63,786 nt of DNA, filler included, from Octopus bimaculoides (GCF_001194135.2; 7 parts of 6 records of this genome joined end to end with filler, not necessarily neighbours in it); one strand, 5' to 3'; positions 1 through 12,796 are shown, counted from the whole stretch's first letter. Made by a program: numbers and translations. Notes: a model not told the origin generated them from the sequence alone.

Positions 1-3000
1 TCTTCAGGGTTTTATTCTCCAGGTAAAATCCAGTAATATCCGGTAAAGCGCTACATCGTGTAAGTTCAGTTATTGAAAGTACAGCTTTTGAGTATCAATA
101 AATAAGCGACAAAATAAAATTAAAAATGCCAGAATAAAATCGGACATACCGAAAATCCCACCTCATTTTTTCCGAACCGAAATAAGTGATTTGCAGGATA
201 TTAGGAGGCCAGGGTACTTGATTCTACGCAAAAAATCAACATTTTTTTTTCTTAGTGAACCATAATGTTGCTGTTATTTAGCCTCAAATCAACCCTGATA
301 CTGCAAACCTATCATCAAAGACATTCCAGCCTTCAGCAAACCGCATTTTTAGGGATAATCTAGGACATTACATACAATGGGCGTGTGATTTAGGTAAGGG
401 GATACTTTGGCTGCTATATTTAGTGTGTCGAGCGGCCAGATAGAGGCTCTTTCATTGGTTCGATTGCGTGATGAGATGTTTTTGCACATATATGTAATAT
501 ACTTTGGGTATGGAAGATGAGTTCAGCAAAAATTTAGATTCAGGTGAATATGGTACTTAAGTTGAGGCACCAGAATTTAGTACGGTATTATCCATGCAAT
601 TTCAAAGTAAGGTAATTAAAATCAAATAAGCAACAAGGATATCCGGAGGTAATGCAGTACGGTCGTTTCATGCAACTCCATTTAATTGAACAATGTAATC
701 ATTACATCAATTTAAAATGCAAAGCAATCCTCAGCTGCACAAAGACATAGAATTTAATTAAATTAGAACAGATGGACACATTAGTATAATTATACCTAAA
801 ATCTCCTAGAAGTTAAGGAGATAGACAAAGAACATGTTGCTTCAATTACAACATAGAAGTTGATAAATAAAATGTCAAGAAGACTCTGCCTGTCCCTGAT
901 TTTATTTGTTTTTTTGTTTTTTTTTTAGTTTTAATTTATAGACTAGTTTATCAAACCTCGTATATCTAAGGCTTGAGAGAATAAAGGGCATTATCTGTTA
1001 GGGTAGGGGTGAGAGAGCAGACAGAAACCATAGTTGGTATAGTCATAAAAGTTATGAGGTTTGGTAAAGGAAAACTTAAAACAAGATGTTGGCTGACAAC
1101 TAAGGGGGGTCGCCCACTAGCAGACCATTGATAATGAAACAAGGGAAGTCTTATCATGTAGTATTATAATTAAATGTTTTAAAACAATGTTGCTATATTG
1201 TATACAGATAAAGTTTATGGCTATTCAAAGGGTTATTAAGAAGAATATAGTAACAAAAGGATAGAAATTTATGGATATTTTTGAGCATATACCAGACTTA
1301 TACCACAAAAGAGGGAGGAAAAGAAAATTATTCAGAAATAGTTTGATATTTATACATATTGTACACTTAAATACTAACTCATCAGATGGTATCTATGAAT
1401 ATTGATTAATTGGTATATACTGGTATTAATAAAGGAGTATTGTAGTAAAAGAACATTCTAATTATATATTAATAAAATTATATTCTAAGGAGTTTTTTTT
1501 TTTATATATATATGTAGTGAATATATCAGTATAGTTTTATATACGCTAAGTATAAATTTATAGAGATACAAAGATTTGCTTAATTTATTTATGAATGAAT
1601 AAAGGCTAATTATAAATTAATAAAGAAATGAAATAAAATAATCAATTAGGGCAGAATACCATAGAAATAAAATAGCTTAATTACTAATGCTACGTTAAAG
1701 TATATTTAGCTTATTAACACCAATAGAGAAGATTTATAGAAAATGTATAATAATTCAAAATATATGAGACTAAAAATTATATATTTACTTATTTAGCTAA
1801 TATCAATAAAAGACTGATGTCTGGTATCAGTTAAAGGAATATTTAAGATATGGAACATTCAAATTTTACACTAATCTTTCTATATATAAACTGAGAGATT
1901 ATATTATCGGTTTAAGTACATGATATTTATAGTTTCTTGGTGGTACTTGTTTAAAAGGGTTATTTATATAAAGGCCTTTATAAAATACTAAGATCAGGAG
2001 GGTAGAGCCATTTAAGAAAGAGATAAATCAAGTAATCTCTAAAGATCATTTCAAACAATATTGTACAAAGTTAAAATTCAGAGTAATCAAGAGGATTATT
2101 AAGAATGAAATTTTAACAAAAGGAAAAAATTTCTATGAATATTATGAGTATATACCAAAATTTTTTTACCACAATAGAGGGAGGAAAAGGAAATAGTTTA
2201 ATATTTATTTACTTATTACCTATCTAAATATTAACTTATTATATGGTTTCTATAAAGATTGATCAATTGGATTTACCTGGTATTTAATAATGGACCAACC
2301 GAGGTTAAAAAAACATGATAATTGTATACTGATTTAATTAAATTGAACTATTTTAAGTTATCAAGATACCGGTATTACGTTATATAGGCTGAGTATAAAA
2401 TAATAGGGGAACAAGGATTAGATTTATTTAAGGCATCTATAAAATAATAATAGTAATAACAATGACAATAAAATGATCAGTTAGGGTCGAGCATCATAGA
2501 AAAAGAATAAAGACAGCCTATTCACTAAAAACCACAATAAAATATCCTTATTAACTTCAATAGCAAATATTTATAGAAAATGTATAATAATTTAAGTAAA
2601 TCAATATATCATTATTGGGTAAAGTTAAAATTTGGGGTTATCAGGAAGATTTATCATTGAGGTGAGAGACCAAAATTTAGTATAAATTAGTTAAATCATA
2701 ATCTAAGCAGTTTAAATTTTAAGTTATGAAGATACCCATAATTGTATATTATAAGCTAAGAATGAGTTTATAGGGGTACAAAAATTTAGGTTTGTCTCGA
2801 GGTAATTATAAGGTATTAAAATGGTCAGGTAGGGTATAAAACACCTTAGAAAAGGATATAAAATAGCCTAATCGCTAAAATCATGATGAAGTATATATAT
2901 GACTTAGTAACTTCAATAAAGAAGATTTATAGAAAATATGTAATAATTCAAGTATCTAAAACTACAATTGTTTATTTACTTAATCGGCTTGTATCTGTAA

Positions 3001-3116
3001 TGACTGCAACCCAATATTAACTAAAGGAAAATTAATGCTATGTGGCATACTACCTATGCACTGATTATATACTAAGAAGTACATAATAGGTTTTAAAACA
3101 CAAGATTAATAAATTG

Positions 3117-3812
3117 CTACTTTCTAAAATATCTAAAAGTACGAGTGGCACTATGTATATACGATACCCAAAGGTCTAATCTATTATTAATCAGGTTACT
3201 ATTTTCTTTATGCTTAAAAATTTCATATGCTTCCATAGGACAAAGCTCACACCCATATCTGCTATTTATATAAAGCTGAGCTTTTCTTATTACTTCCCAT
3301 TTGAGGCTAAACCCGATTCCACTTTCTTTCAATTCCCAAATCTTACTGGATAAAGACGTACAATTCGCCTTATGTTTAAATCTAAAAGACGACAGGTGGT
3401 TGTATATGCGCTGTTTCAAATTAATCGAACAACCGAAGTAAACATAATTATTAGTTGTAATCATTATTGTGCATTTATATACTACATTCTGGGTAAGACA
3501 TCGGCCTAATAACGGACAACGGGATTTAACTTTACAATTACACCTAGGAGAATTATTATTATTAACATTATTATTATTAAGATTTAAATTGTTATTTTTA
3601 TTTTTATTGTTATTATTTTCGCTATTAATAATTCTATTATCAAGTATGTTATGTTCATGTCTGTTATTTTCTAACTTCACTTCAATCGTATTATCATATA
3701 AAATCACCTCTGCATCATCAGGCATGCTAATGGTTTCCATTCTCATATATGTACTGGAACTACAATCCATAATATTATTATCAGAAGTGCTACTACTATT
3801 CGTTCTATTCAC
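3117..3812 (-). pseudogene. PLE GIY-YIG endonuclease ORF remnant with Asn-rich N-terminal linker
   Basis: CNCKVKSRCPLLGRCLTQNVVYKC...YVYFGCSINLKQRIYNHLSSF...CELC...E...NNR matches the PLE Cys-rich linker plus GIY-YIG pattern. Confidence 0.88.
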
Positions 3813-4670
3813 CCCATCATCATCAATACTACTATTTTCATTTTGGAGGTTTAAGTTATAGCTGACGGTACTATGATTATTATTATTAATATAATTATTA
3901 TTATTGCTATTTTTATCATCACTCCTATTACCATTATTATTGTTAATGTTACCACTACCATTATTTTTATTATTATTACCATTATTATTTTCAACAATTT
4001 TGGCTAATTTTATGTTCTTTCTATTTAATCTAGCTATGATGCTACCTATATTGGGGAGAGTAGAGTGTGAGATTCTAACTGTCTTACGTGAAAAAATTTT
4101 ATTATATCTATGGGAAGAAGGGAAGTTTTTTTTTTAATAGTCATAAATTTCCTATATATGTTTGTGGATAATGCACAGTTGTATGGGATATTGAACTAGA
4201 CGAGATTCTTACCTTTAATTTTTTTTGTGTAAGCAAGGGCAGGATATATTTGTTCTATCTCTGTTCCCTAGAATCGTGCCATGATTAATAGTTTTGTATA
4301 TATTTCTAGTAGATCCCTTATCTGGAGGAGTAACCATTTCTTTTTCATCGCCACTTTTTTTTTATCTAACCTAAGCTTCTTACTCGTTTTAGTATCTTGT
4401 CTCCTATCGAAGCATACTCTATTATTATTGTTTAAAATGTTAGGTTTGTAGGATGGATTTTCATTTGGTATTTTATCACAACTCAAACCATCAAACCATC
4501 ATTTCTCCCCTATTAAAAGGAGCTGAACTTCCAGGACTGAGAAAAGTAATTTCCTGGTCACATCCCGCTTTAGATAAAGCAACATTATAGTGGTATGAAT
4601 GGGAATTTAAAATATCAATGTTTGAAGATAACTTAGTAATTCTCTCAGAAATGCTTTTTTACTTTTGATT

Positions 4671-5030
4671 TTAATATATTTGGGGGTGATTAGATAATTT
4701 ATTCACATACCTTGTAACCTCACCATCTTTCCTATAGGGGTAGTATAATTTAGAGTTAATGCTTAAAGTAGTATACAAAAAATCTACTACTTTAGTGCCA
4801 TATTCATACGTAATACTTAAGTTAAAGTTTTTCAAAGATTTACTAATTCTCTTTCTCATTCTTTCTATGATTGATTTATTGTTGCTAGAGATGAGGAATA
4901 GAGCATCATCCTTATATAGACCTCCCTGTAGTTCAGGGATTTTCCTATTTAGGCACCTTAAAAAGGATGCACCTCCTAGATTTATGATTCCAGCCGAGTC
5001 GCTCGACCCCATTGCTATATCAATGTAATA
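4671..5030 (-). pseudogene. PLE reverse transcriptase C-terminal half (remnant)
   Basis: IAMGSSDSA, GGLYKDDALF (YxDD), KVVDFLYTTLSI, YYPYRK and YVNKLSNHP; 5'-truncated. Confidence 0.88.
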
Positions 5031-5108
5031 TGTATATATATCATCGGCAGAAGCTAGAGAGAAGTTAAAAGCTGAGAGTTTCGTGTCACTCTGCAACTTC
5101 TGACGAAA

Positions 5109-5959
5109 TCTATACTATAAATTGCAGTGTTCTTGATTACTTGATTGATTGATTGATTGATTGAGTGTCGGCAGATTCACTCGAGAACGGTGCAGTGGAA
5201 TCGCGTGAAATTCAGCACAGAGCGGCAGCATGGTCCGCTCATGTTCAGGAGATTTTTATTGCCCTCCAACTCCCATGGTTACCGAGATAATCGATTATTA
5301 CTTTTTAAGATAGGAATATCCCATTCAATGCGCGAAATTTTACGAAAAACCAGCACAATAAAGATTATTTTTTTCCAAGTAATGTGGCTGGGTTTGTTTT
5401 TCGAAAATTTTAATCAGAGGCACAGAAAAAAATAATTTCAATTTTTTGTGCATTAAAAAAAAAAAGCTATAGCTTATGCGCTTTATAATTACTATGTTTT
5501 TTTTTAAACTTCAGTTACAAATGTCTTCAAACGTCGACATTCAAACAGCTTTTCCATATTGAGACAAACGGACTCTGCACAATTGTATCCATCCGGGAAC
5601 GCGTTTTCAATAATTGAAATTCACAATTCTAATCAGTGTACATGAACGTCCAACCTATGATTGAGCTTGAACAGTTTCGATTAACATTCTTGTGTCGCCA
5701 ATACAACAACCGCACTACCATATATTTTTCTTTTAAGGCGAGGTTATACCACAAATAAGGTTCCGTGACTACATGGGGCTATGGGTACACACGTGAAGTT
5801 AGTTTTACAATATAAACCCGCAAAATCCTTAGCATCGTATTGTTTTTGGAATTTTTGTTTTTTTATTTTTAGTTCTTTTTATTATTCAAAATATACATAG
5901 GAAATAGCCTTTAACCAAATCCACCACACTGCCCGAGTGAAACCGGGAAAAACAGCTAG
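5109..5959 (+). mobile_element. Non-autonomous Helitron (851 bp)
   Basis: 5' TC (TCTATACTATAAA) follows A5108. (GATT)n lies near the 5' end. A subterminal GC hairpin GCCCGAGTGAAACCGGG sits at 5931-5947. The 3' CTAG (5956-5959) is followed by T, i.e. an A|T insertion with no TSD. Confidence 0.72.
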
Positions 5960-6084
5960 TAACTTCTAAAATACAAAATTTTGTAAAAAAACGTTAAGAG
6001 TAAACCCTATTCTATGTGACACATTCTACCAGTATCGGAAGTTTGAAAGTGTTTAGTTAAAAAAAAATTTGATTAGATAATCTG

Positions 6085-6190
6085 TACGCCAAAGTCTCTC
6101 TCGGCGAAATTTGAACTTAAAACGTAAAGACAAACGAAATACCACGAAGCATTTCGCCCGGCGCTCTAACGTTTCTGTCAGCTAGCCGCT
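6085..6190 (-). mobile_element. tRNA-derived SINE (family D, GGCGGCGAGCTGGCAGAA-type head), 5' fragment
   Basis: The reverse complement matches the heads of the copies at 31525 and 37372 (gttagagcgccgggcgaaatgctt...agttcaaatt). Confidence 0.75.
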
Positions 6191-6489
6191 TTAGGATGTA
6201 AGCATTCATTTTAGAAATATATTCTTTATTTTTATTGCTTAAGCGTTACTCCCTTACTTCCTTACTGACATAGAATTTCGTAATATTTTACTTCATAACT
6301 GTTTTTCTGCTAATTTTTGTTCAATGCAACTAACGATTCTGAATTCCTCGTGCATTTTTCTATCATTTAAGCCTAAGAAAAGTATACTTTTAATTTAAAA
6401 TTTAAAAATTTATGCTTATTGAAGATGAATATCTTCCTTACTGCTCCTCTCCTTGAGGTCGCAGATATTTTGATGTAACGTTTTTTTCT

Positions 6490-7288
6490 ACTGAACCAAA
6501 TCTCAAACTATTTATGCCAAAGTGTAGCTGCGGAGATGTCCTATTTAAAACTATTAACAGTTTGCAGAATTAGGGTGAAGCTTGGAAGCTGCTGCGATTG
6601 ACGAAATGGTGGACTTAAGAATATATTCAACCACCACCGTGGTTGAATGATACTACTCGATTCTTTTATGCAAAGCCTACAATATTTAGTATGTGTGTTA
6701 TATGGTGTTGATTCAGTAATTATCGACCACCTTAAATTATACTCGATGTTAGACTCTTTGAGATGGTTAACGTATGATGCTAATGTCATGGAATTTTTTA
6801 CAATGGGGTGAATAAATGTATTCTTATGTCCCCTATATCTATTTTAAAAATCTATAGCATTTCCTATATAAATTTTCCTCTGTTCCATAGGTCCTACTGA
6901 ATTAACTTCCCACTTAAATACTAGATTTTTTCTCAAGCAATTTCCTACTAAATGACATAATTCCTGAGAGCGGCAATTACAAGTTTTATTTAAGTATTCC
7001 ACTGCATCAATACTACAAATTGTTTCACAATAAACTGGTCCTATAGGATCTTTATTTATACTATTATTAATATTATTACTAAGTTCATATCTATTATTTG
7101 CGGCTCTAATTGAGCCTAAATTTGGAGTAGTCGAGTATGACAATTTCAAACAATGTTTGTTGAAAATTGAGTGGTATTTATGTCCTTGGGGGGAGTTTTT
7201 CTCAACATACTTATAAAATAATTTAGGGAGGTTCCTAATTTGGAAGGATAAAGGTAGATTGAACTAAATTATATCCCGTTTCCTAGAT

Positions 7289-7338
<50 letters not shown>

Positions 7339-7368
7339 CTTCTTCTTCTTCTTCTTCTTCTTCTTCTT

Positions 7369-7437
<69 letters not shown>

Positions 7438-7858
7438 AGTAACATTCTGCCGATAATTCGTGTTTATAAAATCATATGTTTTATATACAAATTGCTCATT
7501 AATGTAATTTATCTGGTTGCCTATTCCTGAGTTATCCTTAGTTAACTTGTTTTTAAAAATTGCATTAGATATATAATAAATCTCCTGGTTAAATCCCCTA
7601 TTTCTGAGTGCTTGATTATATAGGGGGCATGATTATTAAATATATCTTTATTACAAGACAGATTTGATATTGCAATGGATAACCCAGTTATAATAGCGTT
7701 AATGACACTATGGGGATGATTTGAATTATAATTTATATATTATATTACCTTATTCGGCTTATGGTATGGGGAATACTGGCCGGTCTTTAAGTTGAGGGTA
7801 ACATCCAGGAAATTAGCTATTTTAGTAGTTTTATCGACTGTTATATTTAAATTATACA
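6490..7858 (-). mobile_element. Penelope-like element, family B (RT C-terminus, thumb, linker, GIY-YIG; decayed)
   Basis: Minus-strand translation gives ANFLDVTLNL...PYHKPN...YINYNSNHP, SRKRDII*FNLP, KYHSIFNKHCLKLSYSTTPNL, CNCRSQELCHLVGNCL...IYIG and LASYVNHLKE...CRLCIKE. It is truncated at 7858 by a SINE. Confidence 0.88.
7291..7434. repeat. Compound microsatellite (GTT)16(CTT)20(ATT)12 inside PLE family B
   Basis: Read directly; the three units are in register. Confidence 0.95.
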
Positions 7859-8220
7859 GTGGAGGAGCAATGGCCCAGTGGTTAGGGCAGCGGACTCGTG
7901 GTCATAGGATCGCGGTTTCGATTCCCAGACCGGGCGTTGTTGAGCGAAAACACTTAAAACACCGACAGGGGAACCCTGCTGTACTCTTTCACCACAACTT
8001 TCTCTCACTCTTACTTCCTGTTTCTGTTGTGCCTGTAATTCAAAGGGTCAGCCTTGTCACACTGTGTCACGCTGAATATCCCTGAGAACTGCGATAAGGG
8101 TACACGTGACTGTGGAGTTCTCAGCCACTTGCACGTTAATTTTACGAGCAGGTTGTTCCGTTGATCGGATCAACTGGAACCCTCGACGTCGTAAGCGACG
8201 GAGTGCCAACAACAACAATA
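7859..8220 (+). mobile_element. tRNA-derived SINE (family A), near full length
   Basis: A-box TGGCCCAGTGG, B-box GGTTTCGATTCCC and (AAC)n tail. The 3' module is shared with the element at 42699-43015. Confidence 0.85.
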
Positions 8221-9152
8221 TNNNNNNNNNNNNNNNNNNNNNNNNNNNNNNNNNNNNNNNNNNNNNNNNNNNNNNNNNNNNNNNNNNNNNNNNNNNNNNN
8301 NNNNNNNNNNNNNNNNNNNNNNNNNNNNNNNNNNNNNNNNNNNNNNNNNNNNNNNNNNNNNNNNNNNNNNNNNNNNNNNNNNNNNNNNNNNNNNNNNNNN
8401 NNNNNNNNNNNNNNNNNNNNNNNNNNNNNNNNNNNNNNNNNNNNNNNNNNNNNNNNNNNNNNNNNNNNNNNNNNNNNNNNNNNNNNNNNNNNNNNNNNNN
8501 NNNNNNNNNNNNNNNNNNNNNNNNNNNNNNNNNNNNNNNNNNNNNNNNNNNNNNNNNNNNNNNNNNNNNNNNNNNNNNNNNNNNNNNNNNNNNNNNNNNN
8601 NNNNNNNNNNNNNNNNNNNNNNNNNNNNNNNNNNNNNNNNNNNNNNNNNNNNNNNNNNNNNNNNNNNNNNNNNNNNNNNNNNNNNNNNNNNNNNNNNNNN
8701 NNNNNNNNNNNNNNNNNNNNNNNNNNNNNNNNNNNNNNNNNNNNNNNNNNNNNNNNNNNNNNNNNNNNNNNNNNNNNNNNNNNNNNNNNNNNNNNNNNNN
8801 NNNNNNNNNNNNNNNNNNNNNNNNNNNNNNNNNNNNNNNNNNNNNNNNNNNNNNNNNNNNNNNNNNNNNNNNNNNNNNNNNNNNNNNNNNNNNNNNNNNN
8901 NNNNNNNNNNNNNNNNNNNNNNNNNNNNNNNNNNNNNNNNNNNNNNNNNNNNNNNNNNNNNNNNNNNNNNNNNNNNNNNNNNNNNNNNNNNNNNNNNNNN
9001 NNNNNNNNNNNNNNNNNNNNNNNNNNNNNNNNNNNNNNNNNNNNNNNNNNNNNNNNNNNNNNNNNNNNNNNNNNNNNNNNNNNNNNNNNNNNNNNNNNNN
9101 NNNNNNNNNNNNNNNNNNNNNNNNNNNNNNNNNNNNNNNNNNNNNNNNNNNN

Positions 9153-9974
9153 CTGATGGGTTTAAATTTTTAATAACTTCCTTAACGTTACAAATAAATG
9201 CATGAAATGTTGATACAATATAAAGGACATAATGAAAATTAATATGTACAAGTCAAATTTTGAAACATCACTACATCACATATGAAAAATGACATCGCAT
9301 AAATGGCAGCCATTTTCGGCTTCGCACATCAGTGCTCTTTCCAAAACTTGCACTATAATATTCTCAAGAGTTTCAAACCCTACTTCTCTTGATTCCTCTA
9401 TTAATGTTCTTCAGTTACACCAGGGTCTCCGGTTTGTTGACGTAAACCCTCTCTTTCAGGTATCCCCACAAGAAAAAATCAAGTCTGGAGAACGTGAAGG
9501 CCAGTTGACGTTGCCGTAACGGGAGACTATTCTCTCTCCAATGCACTGCCGTAGCAACTGCATTGTTTCTCTTGCCCCATCTTGCTGGAACCATGTGTGA
9601 GGTCTACTTTGAATGGCCGGGATCAAAAGGGTCTCAATCATGGATACCTGAAAGAGAGGGCTTACGTTAACAAACCGGAGACCCTGGTGCAACTGAAGGA
9701 GAACATTAATAGAGAAATCAGGGAAGCGGGGTTTGAAACCCTTGAGAATGTTATGATGCAAGTTTTGGAAAGAGCACGGCATACGAAGCCAAAAATGGCT
9801 GCCATTTAAACGATGTCATTTTCATATGTGATATAGTGGTGTTGCAAAATTTGACTTGTGCATATCAATTTTCATTATATCCTTTATATTGTATCAAAGT
9901 TTCATGCATTGATTTGTAAAGTTAAGGAAGTTATTAAAAATTGAAACCCATCAGTGACTTTTGGGAATCCTGTA
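9153..9974. mobile_element. Fold-back Tc1/mariner derivative made of two inverted transposon 3' ends
   Basis: Arms 9153-9465 and 9642-9954 are diverged reverse complements. Spacer plus left arm read on the minus strand as WFQQDGA...WPSRSPDL...FLWGYL. The right arm reads GYLKERAYVNKPETLVQLKENI and ends CCTG|TA. The left terminus is in the N gap. Confidence 0.88.
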
Positions 9975-9986
9975 TATGTGTGTGTA

Positions 9987-10019
<33 letters not shown>

Positions 10020-10026
10020 ACGTATG

Positions 10027-10080
<54 letters not shown>

Positions 10081-10439
10081 TACATATCATTCTAACTTTA
10101 AGTTGCATATACCTTCACTAAGCCATTTAGTCACTATTTCCCCACATGTAGTCATGTCTCTATATTTCATTTATTATGTCCCGTATTCCTCAAAACATCT
10201 TCCACCTATAATTTACATCACACAATCTTTGACGATGGGACTGCTAACTACTACTATCGTTTATTAGAGTTATTCCTTAATTTCTTCCCCTTTGAAGTCA
10301 GTATACTTGCTTAATGAGATATGCACTATATGGACAGTTATTCTAGAAACATCTGTAAGAGTGTTTATGTATAACGTCTTAATCCCCAATTCACTCTAAA
10401 AACACTTACCATGTTTTGGTCATTCCTTCTTTCGTCCAT

Positions 10440-10505
10440 ATATATACTTTATTAATAAAGCTGCAAAGACATCACAAAAGCTGTTACTCTAAGTTTCGTG
10501 TTCCC
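10440..10505 (-). repeat. Partial copy of the hammerhead-bearing repeat seen at 34811-34890
   Basis: Reverse complement gggaacacGAAActtagagTAacagcttttgtgatgtc...ttattaataaagtatata aligns with 34830-34890. Its 5' half is replaced by the LINE junction. Confidence 0.7.
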
Positions 10506-11900
10506 TTTGCAAAGTCGAGATAGATCAAATATACGTTTGAGCGATTGATTAATTGTTTCACCATCCTGTCATAGTGCTGTAAAAGCTGTGTAAGGCATGG
10601 TGTGGTGAAAACACTCTTGTATTGCACATTCAGTATTTCACTGATCCTCTGAGGTTCTGAAGTCGGTGAGCCATTTTCTTCGAACAATGGCCCCATTTTG
10701 TACCATACTGCAGCAGACTCTTTTGCATATCTATAGAAGGCTTTAGGGTTTGTCTTAATATTTTTTATAGCCCTAACTTCCTTTTCTGCCCTCTCTTTTT
10801 CATGAGAGTGAGTTAATTTTCGATCTCGAGCAATGTTCATTTGAGGTAGGATTGTTTGTTGTCCTTTAGAGGCCCATTTAGATGGTTTGAGATTTTTGCT
10901 TATTGTCTCATTAGAATCCTCCTATCCCTGGGTATTATATCTTTATGCTGGCTTGGTATTCTCTCTGGAGTAGACTTACTGCATATGTCATGCATGATTG
11001 TCATTAAGTGTTCTAGCTTTATGTTAATATCTTGCGTTGAGAGGCTGGCAGACCAGTTTTGTTCCATGACCTCTTTCTCGATTCTCTTCCAATAAATTTT
11101 GTGAAAATTCAGGCGGGAGAGGAGTTTGGTGCTTCTAGTAGCCTGTATATCTGTAGTCTTCTGCGGACCATACATTGTTAGTTCTATTAAGTTATGGTCC
11201 GAGAAAATTGTTGGTGTCACCTTAACATTACGGGTGAACACCGTATCGTTTGTGAAACAGAGGTCCGGACATTTTTTCCCCTTGTTGGGTTAAGTAAAGA
11301 TTCTGCATGCCTCAGCTCGTGCAGTGACATCCCTGAGAGAAGTCATCCTTCAGGCCATTCGACATAAGAGAGGCTGAAATCCCTTAGAAGAAGTATGTGC
11401 AGGCTGTTATCCAGGTTGGTTAATACTTCTTTCATTTCTTGGAGGCTCTCTTTGAATAAATCCTCATGATTTGGAGCATTTGGTGGGCGATACGTAGTAT
11501 ACGCTACTATTTTCATCTGTTTTATGTGTACCACCAGAATGTCACAGAGTGAATTTGAGTGTGACAGCAAGACCACAGGCGTGACATCTTTCCGGATGTA
11601 CATTGCCACTCCACCATGAGTCCTTTCTCTCCTGCCAGTTCGAAATACAATATACCCTGGTATGTGTATCGCAGCATCTGATATGTCCACGTTTAGATGT
11701 GTTTCTGTTAATGACACCCATATTATTTGATTACATGTCACTAAATACACTTAACCTTTTATAAATCCGTGTTTGGTTTCAAAATATCCTGAAAACTCTA
11801 ACAGTTCCATTTTAGTCTCTACCTTATACAATCAAATAGAGGAGATTAAATTCAATGGATAGTAGACATTTTAAAGTTTCGAATTTTTTTACTTGCAAAT
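10505..11900 (-). mobile_element. CR1-group LINE ORF2 remnant (APE endonuclease plus internally deleted RT)
   Basis: SLTETHL, GGVAMYIR, YRPP and FSDHNLI (APE), KTNPKAFYRY, then CLTQLL...IYLDFAK (RT). It may extend upstream to about 12480 as ORF1. Confidence 0.88.
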
Positions 11901-12796
11901 TTTTGCATGGAATCTCTTCTCGATGACGTGTACCCTGCAACGCATGAATTTAAATAAATTCTTCTGTCTTCTTGATGAAGCCTTTCATATAACTAAATCT
12001 TTCTTGGTGGAATTTGAACATTTAAACTGAATATAGAACTAGATATTCATATAAGACGGTTGATAGCTTTCCTCTTTGTAGACAGCGATGTATAATAAAC
12101 AAGCATAGAATAACTTGGGCAATACTCCATTCCTTGTGTCCTCCCCTCGTAATAGAGGCGTCAGGTGATTGTCGTGATGAACGGAGTATCTTGGACATTC
12201 AAAACATGCTGGTTCTTATGTTTCACTAGTTCTGGTTGAATCAGAATTCTTGCAGTGAGAAAGAAAAGGAGACAGAGAGATGAGAATCGACACAAAGAAG
12301 GGAATTAGTAATTTATCGATAAACAACGAAAGGCTTAGCTGTCCTGAGATGAGATTCGGACAAGAATGTAGAGAAAAGGAAAGACTACACAAGAAATTCA
12401 GTTGCATGCCAATCCGATGCCAATGTTTGCTAATAGTAATGGTGCAATGGAACATAACATGTATAGCAGAGTCACTAGCATAGCTAGCGTAGGACTGTAG
12501 GGGTGGCTTACCCAGAGTGGCATCTTTTGAAGAGGTCTGCTCTAGGCAAGATGTATTTTTTGTGTCCCATGGTCCGTGTGGTAGAACTGATCCAACTAAA
12601 ACGGTAATTACGTAAAATCTGTCTTTATAAGAACAATAGAGGCAATTCTTGGAAACTGGCTCCGAAAAATTGTTTGCCGTGTGTTAGGAGAAACAGTTCA
12701 AAAGTTTCGACTCACTCGCATAGGAAAGACTTCATGGGAGAGAAACGTAACTATTTTTATAGACATAAAAAGCAATAGTAATTTATAAATCTATAC

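Larger units (their letters stand above)
960..5030 (-). mobile_element. Penelope-like element, family A copy 1 (decayed RT, thumb, Asn-rich linker, GIY-YIG, long AT-rich 3' trailer)
   Basis: RT motifs IAMGS, LYKDD, VDFL and YVNKLSNHP at 4671-5030. GIY-YIG at 3117-3560. The trailer below 3117 is homologous to the trailer after the second copy at 14660-14830. The left boundary is uncertain. Confidence 0.88.

Noticed and set aside
1330-1395. CTGATGA on the minus strand in the PLE trailer as a hammerhead
   Set aside because: G12 of GAAA is missing and there is no coherent stem I/III. At most it is a very old relic, and the duplicate at about 2240 lacks the core.
7861-7935. tRNA-like cloverleaf (also 50923-50990 and 42940-43015)
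   Set aside because: These are SINE heads continuing into SINE bodies, not tRNA genes.
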